A stretch of 58,766 bases of DNA, the filler included, from Fonticula-like sp. SCN 57-25 (Eukaryota): the NCBI GenBank assembly GCA_001724245.1. It is 2 parts of 2 records of this genome, joined end to end, with 100 filler letters (N's around TTAATTAATTAA, not from the genome) between each part and the next. Parts side by side here need not be neighbours in the genome. Positions count along the whole stretch, not along the records: positions 1 to 29,750 come from MEDX01000050.1; 1 more part is not named here. One strand, given 5' to 3'. Shown here in pieces: positions 13,373-25,891 of the stretch (position 1 is its first letter; each line of letters opens with the position of its first letter). Under the pieces are notes generated by a model, which worked only from the letters and a program-made list of their open reading frames with translations, made no database searches and was not told the origin of the DNA. Made by a program: the position numbers and the translations under genes.

Positions 13373-14592
13373 CACTGCGTCTGCCCACGACTGTGGCAAT
13401 ACTGTCACAATGTTGTCACAATTTGATTGGTGTGCACAATTGGTTCAATCTATGATGATAATTATGTATTGTATCATACCTGGTACAGTATGAACATAAT
13501 CAACTTTCTGCGAATATTCGACTCAGATTCGACTAGAGAGTATCCATACAATATTTTTCGACTTACCCAGTCGTATTTATTAGAATCAAGACACGCTTAA
13601 AAAATTGGGATGGTCAAGTCGTCGAATAGCGCGATATTTCTTGATCAGCACTTGTGTACGCACTTGCACAGCTGGTGTCTTTTTTCGCATTACGGGCGCA
13701 CCCGGATGGTAAATTCTCCGCCTTCGTAAACCACGTCGCTCTGCAGACAGTGCTCCTCATATGTGCTTTGGTCCTCGCTTTTGTGAGAGTAGCCCTTCAC
13801 ATCTACAGGAACAAGCGTCATCAAGAGTATCGTCGACAATATGCTTAGATGTTGGACATTGACAGTGAAAAATAATAAACGGAGGCGGAGCCACAAGATT
13901 GAAGTTATGGCTGCTCAAGAAATATCGCGCTACTCAACGACTGCACTGCCTGCAGAGCGACGTGGTTTAGAATGGCGGTCAAAGATGCCAGTGCTGACTC
14001 GTCGTTCGACGACTTTCACATACGCACCCGCTGTGTCCCAATTTTGGGCCTCACCTTGTTCTCCGTACGTTTCCCACGTCCTCTTGCCTGATTCGACGGT
14101 GGAGCTATCGCAAGAAGTACTCTTGCGGGACCTCTGCAGCGGTGTAGGTTCCAATCAAGGTCCTACACTTGCTTTGATGATCGACTTCTACCCCACAATA
14201 CGTTGGGCTTGGTTTCGGTCTTGTTTGGCACGTCTCGGGTTTCTATAACGCCGACAATCACGACGACCTCACAAAAGAAATCCTATCGAACAAATGGGAT
14301 GCCCTTCTCAAAACCATTTTTTTTCTAAGGAACGTCGGCAATACAGGCACTTGCAGAGAACCGAAGAATCTTGCTAGGTAATGGCTGGTTTTTCCATTGC
14401 ACGTCAACCGGCCATCTCGCCCATACCTGCGCGGGAAGATTGAAAGACTGCCAGGTAAGTGAGCACCTCGTGTCGAACGTTTCGCGCCAACTTTTTTTCA
14501 AAAAAGGAAATGCGAAACGCATGCGATTTTGCGATCGTGGAGAATCAATCTTGTCACAGCACTGCCACACGATTGCTTGGAGGGAAACCGGG

Positions 14593-17125
14593 ATGGCGGG
14601 CAAGGTGGCGCGCCTCGCGACGTGCTCGCTCAACCAGTGGGCGCTCGACTTTGATGGCAACCTCGCGCGTATTATGCAGAGTATCAGGGAGGCGATCGGT
14701 GGCGGCGCGACGTACCGCATGGGACCCGAGCTCGAGACGAGGTGCGCATTGCCATGGTGGGATGACGTCGTCTAAAGAATGTTACAGTGGGTACGGCTGC
14801 AATGACCACTTTCTCGAGATGGACACGTTCATGCACTCGTGGGAGCTTTTGTGCACCGTTGTGGACGCCTTTCGTGACGATCGCATCCTGATCGACGTTG
14901 GCGCGTACGCGATCGCCCCTGATCATCATGTCCTAACCCATGCGCAGCCCTGTTGTGCACCGCAACATGCGCTACAACTGCCGCGTGCTCATCTTCATGG
15001 GCGAGATCCTCCTCATCCGCCCCAAGATGCAGCTCGCGAATGACGGCAACTACCGCGAGACGCGCTGGTTCTCTGCATGGCAGCGCCCCGGCGCCATCGA
15101 AGACTTTGTTTTCCCGATCGCGTGGGGCACCCCGTCATCGCGCGGGCAGTCGTCCTGCCCCTTTGGCGATGCGGTGATCCAGGCGCACGACGGCTGCATT
15201 GGCTTTGAGATCTGCGAGGAGCTGTTCACGCCCGAGTCTACGAGCACATCCCTCGCGCTCGATGGCGTCGAGATCATCTCGAACGGGAGCGGCAGCCATC
15301 ACGAGCTGCGCAAGCTGCATCGCCGCATGGAGCTCATCATGGGCGCCACTTCAAAGCTCGGCGGCATTTACATGTACGCCAACCAAAAGGGCTGCGACGG
15401 CGAGCGCGTCTACTACGACGGCAGCTCTGTGATCGTGCAGAACGGCTCGGTGCTCTCGCAGGGCGCGCAGTTTTCCATCAAAAACGTCGAGGTCGTCTTT
15501 GCCGACGTGTCGCTCGAGGAGGTGCGCCAGTACAGGGGCGGTAACAGGTCAATGTCCGTGCAGGGGTCGGCGCCGAACCGCATTCGCTTCCCGCGCGTCA
15601 AGGTGGATCTTGTGATCGCGCAGAGATCCATTGAGGATACGCCGCTGACCAAGAAGCGGGCGCCATTTTACCACACGCCAGAGATGGAAATCACGTACGA
15701 AGAATGTTTTTGATATGGAAAGGAAGGGAATATGTGTGTAAATATTGGTTTTTGTGGCCTTTTCGTTGGTTTTTATTGGCATTTTTATGTTTTCTGTGGT
15801 CATTTTCTGTATATAAAGTGCCCAAAAATGTACATTTCCTCTCAATTTATGCACATTTCTGTTGTTTTTTGTACACAAAATTGCACATTTTTTCCCCTTT
15901 CCACTCATCTTCCACCTAGACTTGGCCCCGCCTGCTGGCTCTGGGACTATCTCCGTCGCTCCGGCGCCGCCGGCTTCTTCCTCCCCCTCTCCGGCGGCCT
16001 CGACAGCTGCTCGACCGCCGTCCTCGTGCACTCCATGTCCTCCCTCGTCGTCGACGCCATCCTTTCCGGCGACGCCGACGCCCTTTCCGACGCCCGCCGC
16101 GTCACCGCCGACGCCACTTTTTCGCCCTCGTCCGCCGCCGACCTCACCCGCCGCCTCTTTCACACGTGCTACCTCGGCACTGCCAACTCGAGCGCCGAGA
16201 CACGCGACCGCGCGCGCACGCTGGCCGCCGCGCTCGGCAGCTACCACGTGGACCTCGACATGGACGGCGTCGTCTCCGCCGTGACGTCACTTTTCGCCGC
16301 CGTCACGGGAAAGTCGCCGCAGTTCCGCGCGCACGGCGGCAGCGCTTCCGAGAATTTGGCGCTTCAAAATGTTCAGGCGCGACTTCGAATGGTTTTGTCG
16401 TACATGTTTGCGCAGCTGCTGCCGTGGGTGCGCTCTGACAGGGGCAGGTCGCTGCTCGTGCTGGGCAGCGCCAATGTCGACGAAGGGCTCAGAGGCTACC
16501 TCACAAAGTACGACTGCTCGTCGGCCGACATCAACCCAATTGGTGGAATTAGTAAAACCGACTTGAAATTATTTTTGGGCCACGCCGAAAAGCACTTTGG
16601 GCTGCCGTGCATCGCCACGTTTGTGAATGCGGTGCCGACGGCCGAGCTCGAGCCAATCACAGAGTCGTACAGGCAGACGGACGAGGCGGATATGGGCATG
16701 ACATATGACGAGCTGAGCGCGTTTGGAAGGGCGAGAAAGATTGACGGAAATGGGCCGGTTTCCATGTTTTGGAACTTGGTCGACAAGTGGCGCGAGACGG
16801 CGTCGCCGGCGGTCGTGGCAGAGAAAGTGAAAAGGTTTTTTTATTATTATGCGATTAATAGGCATAAAATGACGACAATTACGCCGTCGTATCATGCAGA
16901 GTCGTACAGTCCGGATGATAACCGCTTTGATATGAGGCCTTTTCTCTACAATGGTACGAAGGTATTTTGGTTTGAATGGCAATTGACGATGGATGTTATT
17001 GTTTAGCCACGTGGTCGTATCAGTTTGGGCGTATTGACGAGGCGGTGGAGAGGCTGGCGAAGCGCGCGCGCGCAGCGGAAGAGGACGAGACGGCGCAATT
17101 GGATGCCAATAAGCGTAGAAAGTGA
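14593..17125 (+). CDS. NADSYN1: Glutamine-dependent NAD+ synthetase
   Basis: [91 protein letters not shown]. Confidence 0.97.
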
Positions 17126-17234
17126 GCGGGAAATCACGCGGGAAAGTGACATTTTTATGATTTTTTGATATGAAAGATGTTATTGTTATACAATGCGATG
17201 GAAATTAATACAAAATTACACTATTTAATGACGC

Positions 17235-18734
17235 TTAAGAGGCGATTTCGCGGCGCAAAACATTACAAAATTGTGAAAATATTTCTTGGCTATTTGGCGG
17301 AGCGCCGCCGGCCCAAAGTAATTCGGCGCGCGTAAATGGCTCATGATCATCTTGGCCAAAGTTATCTGCTTCATATTCAGCAATATCTTCTTCTTCAAGC
17401 TGCACTTCAACAATAAAAAGAGCATCTGAAGCAATACTTTCCAAAGTATTTGTATCAAAATGTGACGCTTTTTCATCTGTTTTTGCAGTTATAGCTTCAG
17501 AAACTTCCGTTTTCCCGCCGGAATTGTCACTTTTCCCGCCCATTTCGCCGTCTTTTTCGCCACATTTCCCGCCCATTTCGCCCTCTTTTCCTCCTCTCTT
17601 GGCCGCCGCCCTTCTTGCTCTTCTATTCCACGTCACACTCTTCACCTCGAGCACGACTGTCGCCGGCGGGTCCTCTGCCTGCACGCGCATCCCATACTTG
17701 TCCACCATAACCCCCATCAACTTTTCGTGTGCCTCTTTGACGCCGCCGCTGATGCGCATCACCGCATCATGCGGTCTTTTTCTCTTTTTCTTCCTCGCCA
17801 GCACGTCGGCGGCCGCCTGAGCAAGAATTTGCGGCGCAGCGACGCCGTCCTGGAATGACCACGCGACGCCCCACCGTGTTGTCTTTCCCTGCAAAAACGT
17901 GCCAGTGGCGATCGCCGACGCGCCACTGCGCCGCGCGAGCGCCAGCAAGGGCCGCACGTGCGCGCGGATGCCGACCTGAGAGGTGAACCACTTTACGCGG
18001 TCGGCGATGTCGCGGCTGTCGGCGATCATGCGCGCGACAAAGGCGGTTTCGCCGCCGGCCGTGATCATCTCGGCATCGTTGCCGGTGCACGCCGACAGGG
18101 GAGGGAGAGACTTGAGGTCGGCGCCTTGCGTGGCTTCGGCGGCGTCGGAGAAGAAAGGCGGGTTGCAGACGGTAAAGTCGAATGTGGCGTGATCGAGCAG
18201 AGATGCCGAGAGGATCTGATCGCCGAGCGATGCGTTGCTGACGACAGAGATGCGATCGGTGAGCGAGTTGGAGGCGACGTTGAGAGCGGCGTAGTGGAGT
18301 GCTTGGGGGTCGCGGTCGACGGCGAGCATGCGCCAGCGGGGATGAAGGCGGCAGGCGAGCATCGCGTAGATGCACGATGTCCCAGTGCCACTACTGGGGA
18401 TCAGCAACAAGAAACAAACTTTTACAACGTACATGTCAATGCCAGAATGAATGCTGTCCTTGTCTGCCGCGCCGTCGCCCAGCAAGTCCTCCACCCAGTG
18501 AAGGTAGTTTAGCCGCACAGTGATCGCGGGGCACAGCGCATGCGGCGGCAGCGCCAGCTCGACATCAAAGTCGCGACGCAGCAGGCATCGCGTGAGCTCC
18601 CTCACCGCGGCGACATCTTTAAAGTCGATCGTCACGTGGGGGCCGTCGCCGATGATGAACGGCTGAAGCGAGGGGTACTCGGCCGCAAGCTCAGCAAAGC
18701 TCGGCGGCACCGCGTACCGATTCCGCGGGTGCAT
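17235..18734 (-). CDS. METTL16: METTL16/RlmF-family RNA m6A methyltransferase, 2 exons
   Basis: MHPRN, LCP...RLNYLHW, DIGTGTSCIY (split by an intron), CNPPFF, GGE..FV.RMI.DS, QGKT.RWGVAWSF. Confidence 0.93.
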   Translation of the reverse strand: MHPRNRYAVPPSFAELAAEYPSLQPFIIGDGPHVTIDFKDVAAVRELTRCLLRRDFDVELALPPHALCPAITVRLNYLHWVEDLLGDGAADKDSIHSGIDMYVVKVCFLLLIPSSGTGTSCIYAMLACRLHPRWRMLAVDRDPQALHYAALNVASNSLTDRISVVSNASLGDQILSASLLDHATFDFTVCNPPFFSDAAEATQGADLKSLPPLSACTGNDAEMITAGGETAFVARMIADSRDIADRVKWFTSQVGIRAHVRPLLALARRSGASAIATGTFLQGKTTRWGVAWSFQDGVAAPQILAQAAADVLARKKKRKRPHDAVMRISGGVKEAHEKLMGVMVDKYGMRVQAEDPPATVVLEVKSVTWNRRARRAAAKRGGKEGEMGGKCGEKDGEMGGKSDNSGGKTEVSEAITAKTDEKASHFDTNTLESIASDALFIVEVQLEEEDIAEYEADNFGQDDHEPFTRAELLWAGGAPPNSQEIFSQFCNVLRREIAS

Positions 18735-18835
18735 GCACGCAGCTGCTGCAAATGTCCAGCAGATGCCCAGCAGATGCTTCGATTGATTACTTCAGCGTCG
18801 ACGGATTTCCCGCCATTTCACCACGTGGCCACGTA

Positions 18836-21028
18836 ATGATGTTGTCGGTCATGGGTGGGCGATGGCTGCGGCGCGGCCGATTAATAGGCCTGCTTTTCAC
18901 AGTTCTGCTGCTCGCGGCCAGCTCTGCTGCTCAAATGAATGAAACAATGACGGAAGTCTATGAAGCGGCGCCTGTTGACGGCGAGTGGATCGTCCAATTG
19001 AAGGGGTACTATCCCCATGCCAAGCACGCTGCTCTGCTGCAGCGGTCATTCGATAGTGCGCTGCTGACCCTCTTTGCTTGAAAGGTTTTCTGATGAATTA
19101 TTGCCGTTTTTAGAAGCGCAGTCGGTGCGGTGGTCGGTCCTTTCGCGCGACAATCCCGCTTCATCTCTCCCAAGCGACTTTGTCCTCTTGTCAATCACTG
19201 GCGACGATGCCGCGGTGACGCATTCGCTCGATGCACTCACATCGAATCGCTACGTCAAGAGCGTCTCTGCGCAGCGCCACGTGCGCCGCACACTCAAGTC
19301 GACCGTTTGGTGTACGTACTTTTCTTTTTTCCCTTCTTTTGATCCCCTTTTCCCTTTCTCATGCCTTCTCTTTAGCGCATCCCGGCCGCACACTCCGCCG
19401 CCTGGATCCCCTCACATCATCCCTCCTCTCCTCGGACGCCGCCGCCTCCTCCACCTCCCAGACGCCCATCACGACCATCCTCGACGCCGATCACCTCTGG
19501 TCTCAAGGCTTCACCGGCCAAGGCGTCCGCGTGGCCGTCTTTGACACTGGCATCCGATCCGGCCATCCGCACTTTCGGAATCTGCGCGAGCGCACAGACT
19601 GGACCGCGCAGCAGTTTCTTGACGACAATATTGGACATGGAACGTTCGTGGCGGGGATTATTGCGAGCTCGGCGGAATGTTTGGGGTTTGCGCCGGATGC
19701 GGAGCTGTACTCGTTTAGGGTGTTTACGGATGATCAGGTGTCATATACGTCATGGTTTTTGGACGCTTTCAACTATGCAATTCACCGCAAGTGCGTCATA
19801 TAGTATTTTTTGTGATAATGTGTGATAATGTGTGTGAAAATGATGTTTTTTGTGAGAATATTGATAGTACTTTTGTGACATGGTACTTTACGGCCCTTTG
19901 AATGTCACTGAACATGGTACATGTGTATGACAATATGATACTTTTCATATGTTTTTACCCATGTTTCTGTTCATTTTCTACTCATTTTTCATTCATTTTC
20001 TACTCTTTTTCACTTCTTTTAACTTCTTCCTTCAAAGGGTTCACATCATCAATTTGAGCATTGGCGGACCCGACTTTATGGACCGCCCCTTTGTCGACAA
20101 AGTATCCGAACTCTCCGCCAACAACATCATCATGGTCAGCGCCATCGGTACGCCATTGGCCACTTCCACGTGACCCCCCACGTGGCCCCTCACACCATCC
20201 AATAGGAAACGACGGCCCCACTTATGGCACGCTCAACAACCCCGCCGACCAAATGGACGTCATCGGCGTCGGCGGCATCGACCACGCCGACAAATTAGGT
20301 ACTAAAACTTTTTCTTTTGCTTCTGATTGGCCCATTTTGACACTAAAAATACCACCCAATCAGCGCCCTTCTCCTCCCGCGGCATGACCACGTGGGAAAT
20401 CCCCGACGGCTACGGCCGCGTCAAGCCCGACATTGTCGCCTATGGCGTCGGCGTCCCCGGCTCGCGCATCTATGGCGGCTGCCGCGTCTTATCGGGCACA
20501 TCAGTGGCATCGCCCGTTGTGGCAGGTGTACTTGCCTTATTAAGTAGTGTTGTTCCCGAAAAGGAAAGAGCACGAAAAGTGAATCCGGCCAGTATTAAGC
20601 AGGCGATTGTTGGGACGGGTGTTAGGCTGAAGGAGGGTAATATATTTGAGCAGGGGTTTGGGAGGGTTAATTTGAGGGGGGCGTATGAGTGGCTGAGGGG
20701 GTATGAGGTGATGGCGAGTGTCATTCCGGGTGAGCTTGATCTGACGGATTGGTACGGGGTGGAAGGGGGGGGGGAGGGGGGTAGAGGGAATAGTGGGTAT
20801 AGGGCGTATGTGTATGGGTGAATATCATATGGTGAATGTAGTAATTTGTGTATGTGGTGTATCATGTGTATCATGTGTGAGTGTGTATGTATATCATTGT
20901 ATGTATATGTGTGTGTGTGTGTGTGTGAGTATCATTGTGTGTATCATGTCAGGGTATGAGTCTGGGGTGGATTATGGATAGTGTGTGTATGTGTATATGT
21001 GTGTATATGTGTATGTATGTATGTATGT

Positions 21029-21068
<40 letters not shown>

Positions 21069-24000
21069 ATGAGTATATTGTATGTGTATGTATGAGTATG
21101 TGTGTGTGTGTGTGTGTGTGAGTATCATTGTGTGTGTGTGTATGTATGTGTGTATATGTTTGGTAAATGTGTCTGTCAATGTTATGAAAGTAGTCTTGTG
21201 AGTACCTTGTGAATGTCTTGTACATGTCTTATGACTATACATGTCTTGTTGTGACCATACATGACTATACATGTATTGTTATCCCATACATGTCATTCCC
21301 TACACATGTCATGATGTCATACATGTCTTTGTCATGTCTTTCCCTCTACCTATCTCTCCTTTTCTTCATCTCTACTAATCATCACTACAGCCCCTACATG
21401 TGGCCCTACTGCACCCAGCCCCTCTACTTCTCCGCCATCCCAATCATCATCAACACAACCATCCTCAACGCACACTCTCCCTCTGGCACCATCCTCTCCC
21501 CTCCTATATTCACACCTACAAACACATTAGGAAGTCATTTAAATGTGCGGTTTACATATTCAAGAGTGTTGTGGCCTTATACTGGGTATTTGGCGGTGCA
21601 TATTTCTGTGTTGCAAACTGGTTTGCATGTTGAGGGGGTGGCAGAGGGGAAAGTGGTGTTGGAAGTGGGCGGGAGAAGTGGCGGGAAAAGTGGCGGGAAA
21701 GATGGGAAGAATATGAAAAGTGGCGGGAAAGATGGCGGGAAAGATGGGAAAAGTGGTGAAAAAGGGGCTGAAAGTACAGTTATAACTGTCCCGATTCGTG
21801 TGAAAATCATACCAATGCCACCGCGTGAAAAGCGCGTCCTATGGGACCAATTCCATAACCTAAGGTACCCCCCCGGCTACTTTCCCATTGACGCAATGCA
21901 CCCACAAGACCGCGCGAGCCCACTCGACTGGCACGGCGATCATATTCATACCAATTTTAATGGAATGTATGATCACTTGAGGGGCATGGGATACTTTGTT
22001 GAGGTGCTTGGTGGGCCGTTTACGTGTTTTGATGGTGGGGCGTATGCGACGCTCATCATCGCTGACCCGGAAGAGGTACGAATGGGAGGGAAGTAAAGGG
22101 AAGGGTAAGGGAAGGTGATAGGGAAAGCATATATAATGGTGGTGTAATGATGGTAAAAGTATAGATAGTGGTGGTAATATGATGGTAAAAGTATAGATAA
22201 TGATGGTAATATGATAGTAAAAGTATAGTGTTTAATATGGATATGGTGGTAATAGGATAGTATTCAATAGCGAAATGGTAGTAAAAGTATGGTAAATGAT
22301 ACTTGATCTATAGTATTTAATAGTGAAATGACACATACTTTGTTACTTACACTTTCCCTTTAGGAATTCTTCCCTGAAGAGATTGCCAAACTACAAGACG
22401 ACATTAGTACACGTGGCCTCAGCATACTCGTCATCGGTGATTGGTACAACGCTGACCTCATGCACGTACGCAATGCTGACACACTGTTTGATCACATGAT
22501 CACATTTGCTGACTCATCATTTGACTCTTTTTTTTCACATTTGCTGACACACCATTTTCATATTTAGAAAAAGCGCTTTTTTGATAATAATACGAGGCAG
22601 TGGTGGACGCCCCACATGGCCGGCGCAAACATTCCCGCCCTCAACACTTTACTATCACCGTATGCAAACTGCAAACTGATTGACTATATGCAAACTGCAA
22701 ACTGACACATTATTGGTTCATTTTAGGTATGGAATTCAGTTTGGCGATCGTTCCTTTTCCGGCACTGTTTCAATCCCGATCGACCAAAAAGACTCTTTTA
22801 AGACCCTTTTATATGACTCTGGCACATCAATAGTCGCTTTCCCGCCAACTGGAATTGTCCTATCAGTGCCATTAGTGGATGACAATATAAGAGAGTTGAA
22901 TGGGGCGCAGATCACGGTGGATGCCGTGCCTGTGGTCGGTTTGTACCAGACTGAAGAGTGGGGTGGGAGGATTGCAGTGATGGGCGATTCGAATTGCTTG
23001 GATAGCAGTTTATTTAAAGATACGGTACGAATATATATGGGATAGGAAAGGGGTATTAGATAGATAGAATGGGTGTATATTGATATATTGATATATTTTT
23101 ATCTCTTGTTGTGTGTATTGATATATATTTATCTCTTGTTGTGTGTGCATTGATATATTTTTATCTCTTATTGTGTGTAGAGTGATATATTTTTATCTCT
23201 TATAGTGTGTGTGTATCATTATTTTTGTCTCTTGTTGTGTGTATATATGGTGCTTTTACCTCTTATTGAATGTGTATTGATATATTTTTATCTCGTATTG
23301 AGTGTATATATCATACCTTTTGTATGTATTTATCTTACTTTTACCTCTTCTTGTGTGTATAATTCGATATTTTTTCTATCTCTTCTTGTGTATGTATCAT
23401 GTTACTTTTACCTCTTCTCACGTTCCTTTTCCTATACTTTTCCCCCTATCTAACTTTTCTTCCCTTAGCCCTGCTTCTGGCTTCTCGACATGCTCCTCTC
23501 CTACACCAACCACCACCTCATCGACCGCCTCTTCGCCTCCCGCGGCACACCCATGTCCCCTTCCCTCCTCGCAAACGCCGCCCCGCCGCTTCCCCCCGTG
23601 CCGTCCGTCGAATTTGCCATGCTCTCAAAGGTGCTTTCACACAAGCTTCCCTCATGTTCACTTGGCTCCATTTCCTATTTTGGTAATTCCGGCAATTCGT
23701 CATCCAAATTGGGTATGGGCTCATCATGGTCATCAGATGGTTACTCAGATGGATCATGGTCATCAGATGGTTCATGGTCATCAGATGGATCATGGTCATC
23801 AGATGGATCTTCATGGTCATCAGGGACGGAATCGTCATTGGGTTCGGGCGGAGCGCCGCCATTGGCCAATGCGAATGACGAAGCTGATCCGGATTCGATC
23901 GCGATCGATCGTTTGTTTGCGTCTGCGGTGCGATCGGGGCCGCATGTGTCGCAGGTGGGGCCGCGGCCGGAGGATGCGGATGAGGGGGGGGTGTACACGT

Positions 24001-24164
24001 GGTGGGAGGTGGGGGGCGGTGGCAGAGTAGAAGAAGGTAGGGTCAAGTGGAGTGCAAATACAGTTCTTGGAATTGTGCTATTTATAGCAGTGATGATTAT
24101 AGTGTGTTTGAGGAGGGTGAGGGGAAGGAGGTCGGCTATGAGAGGGCCGCTGCCAATCGTATAA
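18836..24164 (+). CDS. MBTPS1: Site-1 protease (SKI-1/S1P subtilase), multi-exon
   Basis: Signal peptide, RRTLK pro-site, catalytic VAVFDTG / GHGTFVAG / [53 protein letters not shown]-terminal TM with basic tail. Confidence 0.96.
20820..21160. repeat. (TG)n/(TATG)n microsatellite tract in S1P intron 20752-21390
   Basis: Directly visible tandem repeats. Confidence 0.95.
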
Positions 24165-24498
24165 GAGTAGAGTTTTGTGTATGTATGTATATGTGTTAAT
24201 AGAATTAGTTTTATGAATGGGGTGAGAGGTATGGTTCAATAGGCTATCAAAGGTGATATTATGAAAGATTTAAGGCATATTCTATGACAATCAAGTACAT
24301 TATGTTGCACATTACAATCATATAGGCTGTCTGATATGAACAAAATACGTCATATATCACGATTCATATCTCATGTATCATGTATCATATCTCGTGTATC
24401 ATGTATAATGTATCATGTATCATGAATCATGTATCATGTATCATATTCATCTTCATCTTCATATTTATTTTATTTTTGTTTCATGCCATACATCACTT

Positions 24499-25375
24499 CT
24501 AGTTTGTCTTGACCTTTGTGGCGCGCGACAGGATCGCAGCGATGCCGCTGATGATGAGCCACACGACGATGAGCACCGTCATGAATGACGCGCCAATGAC
24601 CATGCCGGCAACAAGCGGGCTCTCGGAAATGTGCTGCGTGCCAAGATCATGCAGACGGACCTACGCGATGCGGGCGATGTCGTCAGTGAAAGTGGCGGGA
24701 AAAGATCACTTTTTTAAAAGGGCAAAGGCATATCAAAATGAAACATAAAAAGATATATAAATGACGTACAATTTCGTGCATGATGTAGTGGTAGACGAGC
24801 TGCTGCACGCGGTTCCAATAGGGAACGCGCTGGGGCATCGGGCGCGCCTTGTCGTCCTGCCAGAGATCCTTGGCCCAGTCGACGACGTTGTCGGTCTTTT
24901 GGAGGCCAGTGTACAGGTAGAAGCGGCCCTCGCGCATCCTAAACAGCAAAAGAGGCGTTAGAGGATGTGCAGTGGGGATCGGCCGCGTACAGGATCACCT
25001 GCGGGTAGCCAGTGATCTCAAACAGGCCGGCGGCCTCTGTGGCATCGTGAGCGTCATGCGGCAAGAGATTCTACTTCGTACCGTCGTTCACGTCGGCGTC
25101 AATGTAAGCAACGTTCACGCCGCTGCCCTTGAGCTTGTCGGCGACCTCCTCGTACGTCGGCGCGAACGCCTTGCAGGCACCGCACCACGATGCGCCGCTG
25201 CAGAGCGATGCTTAGCAACAATGCGAGTCATGGCAAAAGAGGCGCACAATTCTACGAGCCACGCGCCTTCCTTGACCGTGTCCATAAAGTTGCTGTCGTC
25301 AAGCTGGACAATCTCTGCCCGCGAGACGGCCGCGAGGAGGGCGACCGCCACAAGGAGAACGCTCGATGCGCGCAT
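24499..25375 (-). CDS. Thioredoxin-related transmembrane protein (TMX-like), multi-exon
   Basis: Signal peptide, EIVQLDDSNF, WLVEF..WCGACK, GYP-type turn, C-terminal TM ending KVKTN. Confidence 0.85.
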
Positions 25376-25891
25376 GTCGGAGGCGATGCGCAGCGATGAC
25401 TCAACAACGTAATGGGGGATGAGATTTGACCTACCTTAAAAGTGGCCAGAGTAGATCAGAATCTGCTACACGGTAGGCGAGCAGCAGCTTCAAATATGCG
25501 CAAGTATCTTTTATCAGTACTACAGGCAATGTAAATGGCTTAATACATAGCATGCAATAATGGCTTTTCTCTCACACACAATTATGTCGTTTTTTTTCTT
25601 ATTATTAGATACAGTTTGACCTTTCGGCAACTGTGCTAATATTTCCATGCCGTTCATCGTACACAACTCTATATCAACGCAAACAGTCACATAAGCACAT
25701 TCTCTATGTCATAACTTACATAAAATGTACCTTTTTTCTCTACTTTAAAGTACGCATTCCAGCACGAGACCGTTTAATTCTCATATTACGCACTCCTGAC
25801 TCTTATCGATCAAAATCGTCCGTTATAGTCGGTTTGAATCCGACCTTCTTTTTTTTTGTTGTTTCCCTCTCCCCTTGCCCGTCGTCGAAAG

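Noticed and set aside
20793-21272. HT/VC-rich ORFs
   Set aside because: Translations of intronic TG microsatellites; the same applies to ORFs at 27343-28042 and 5218-5475.
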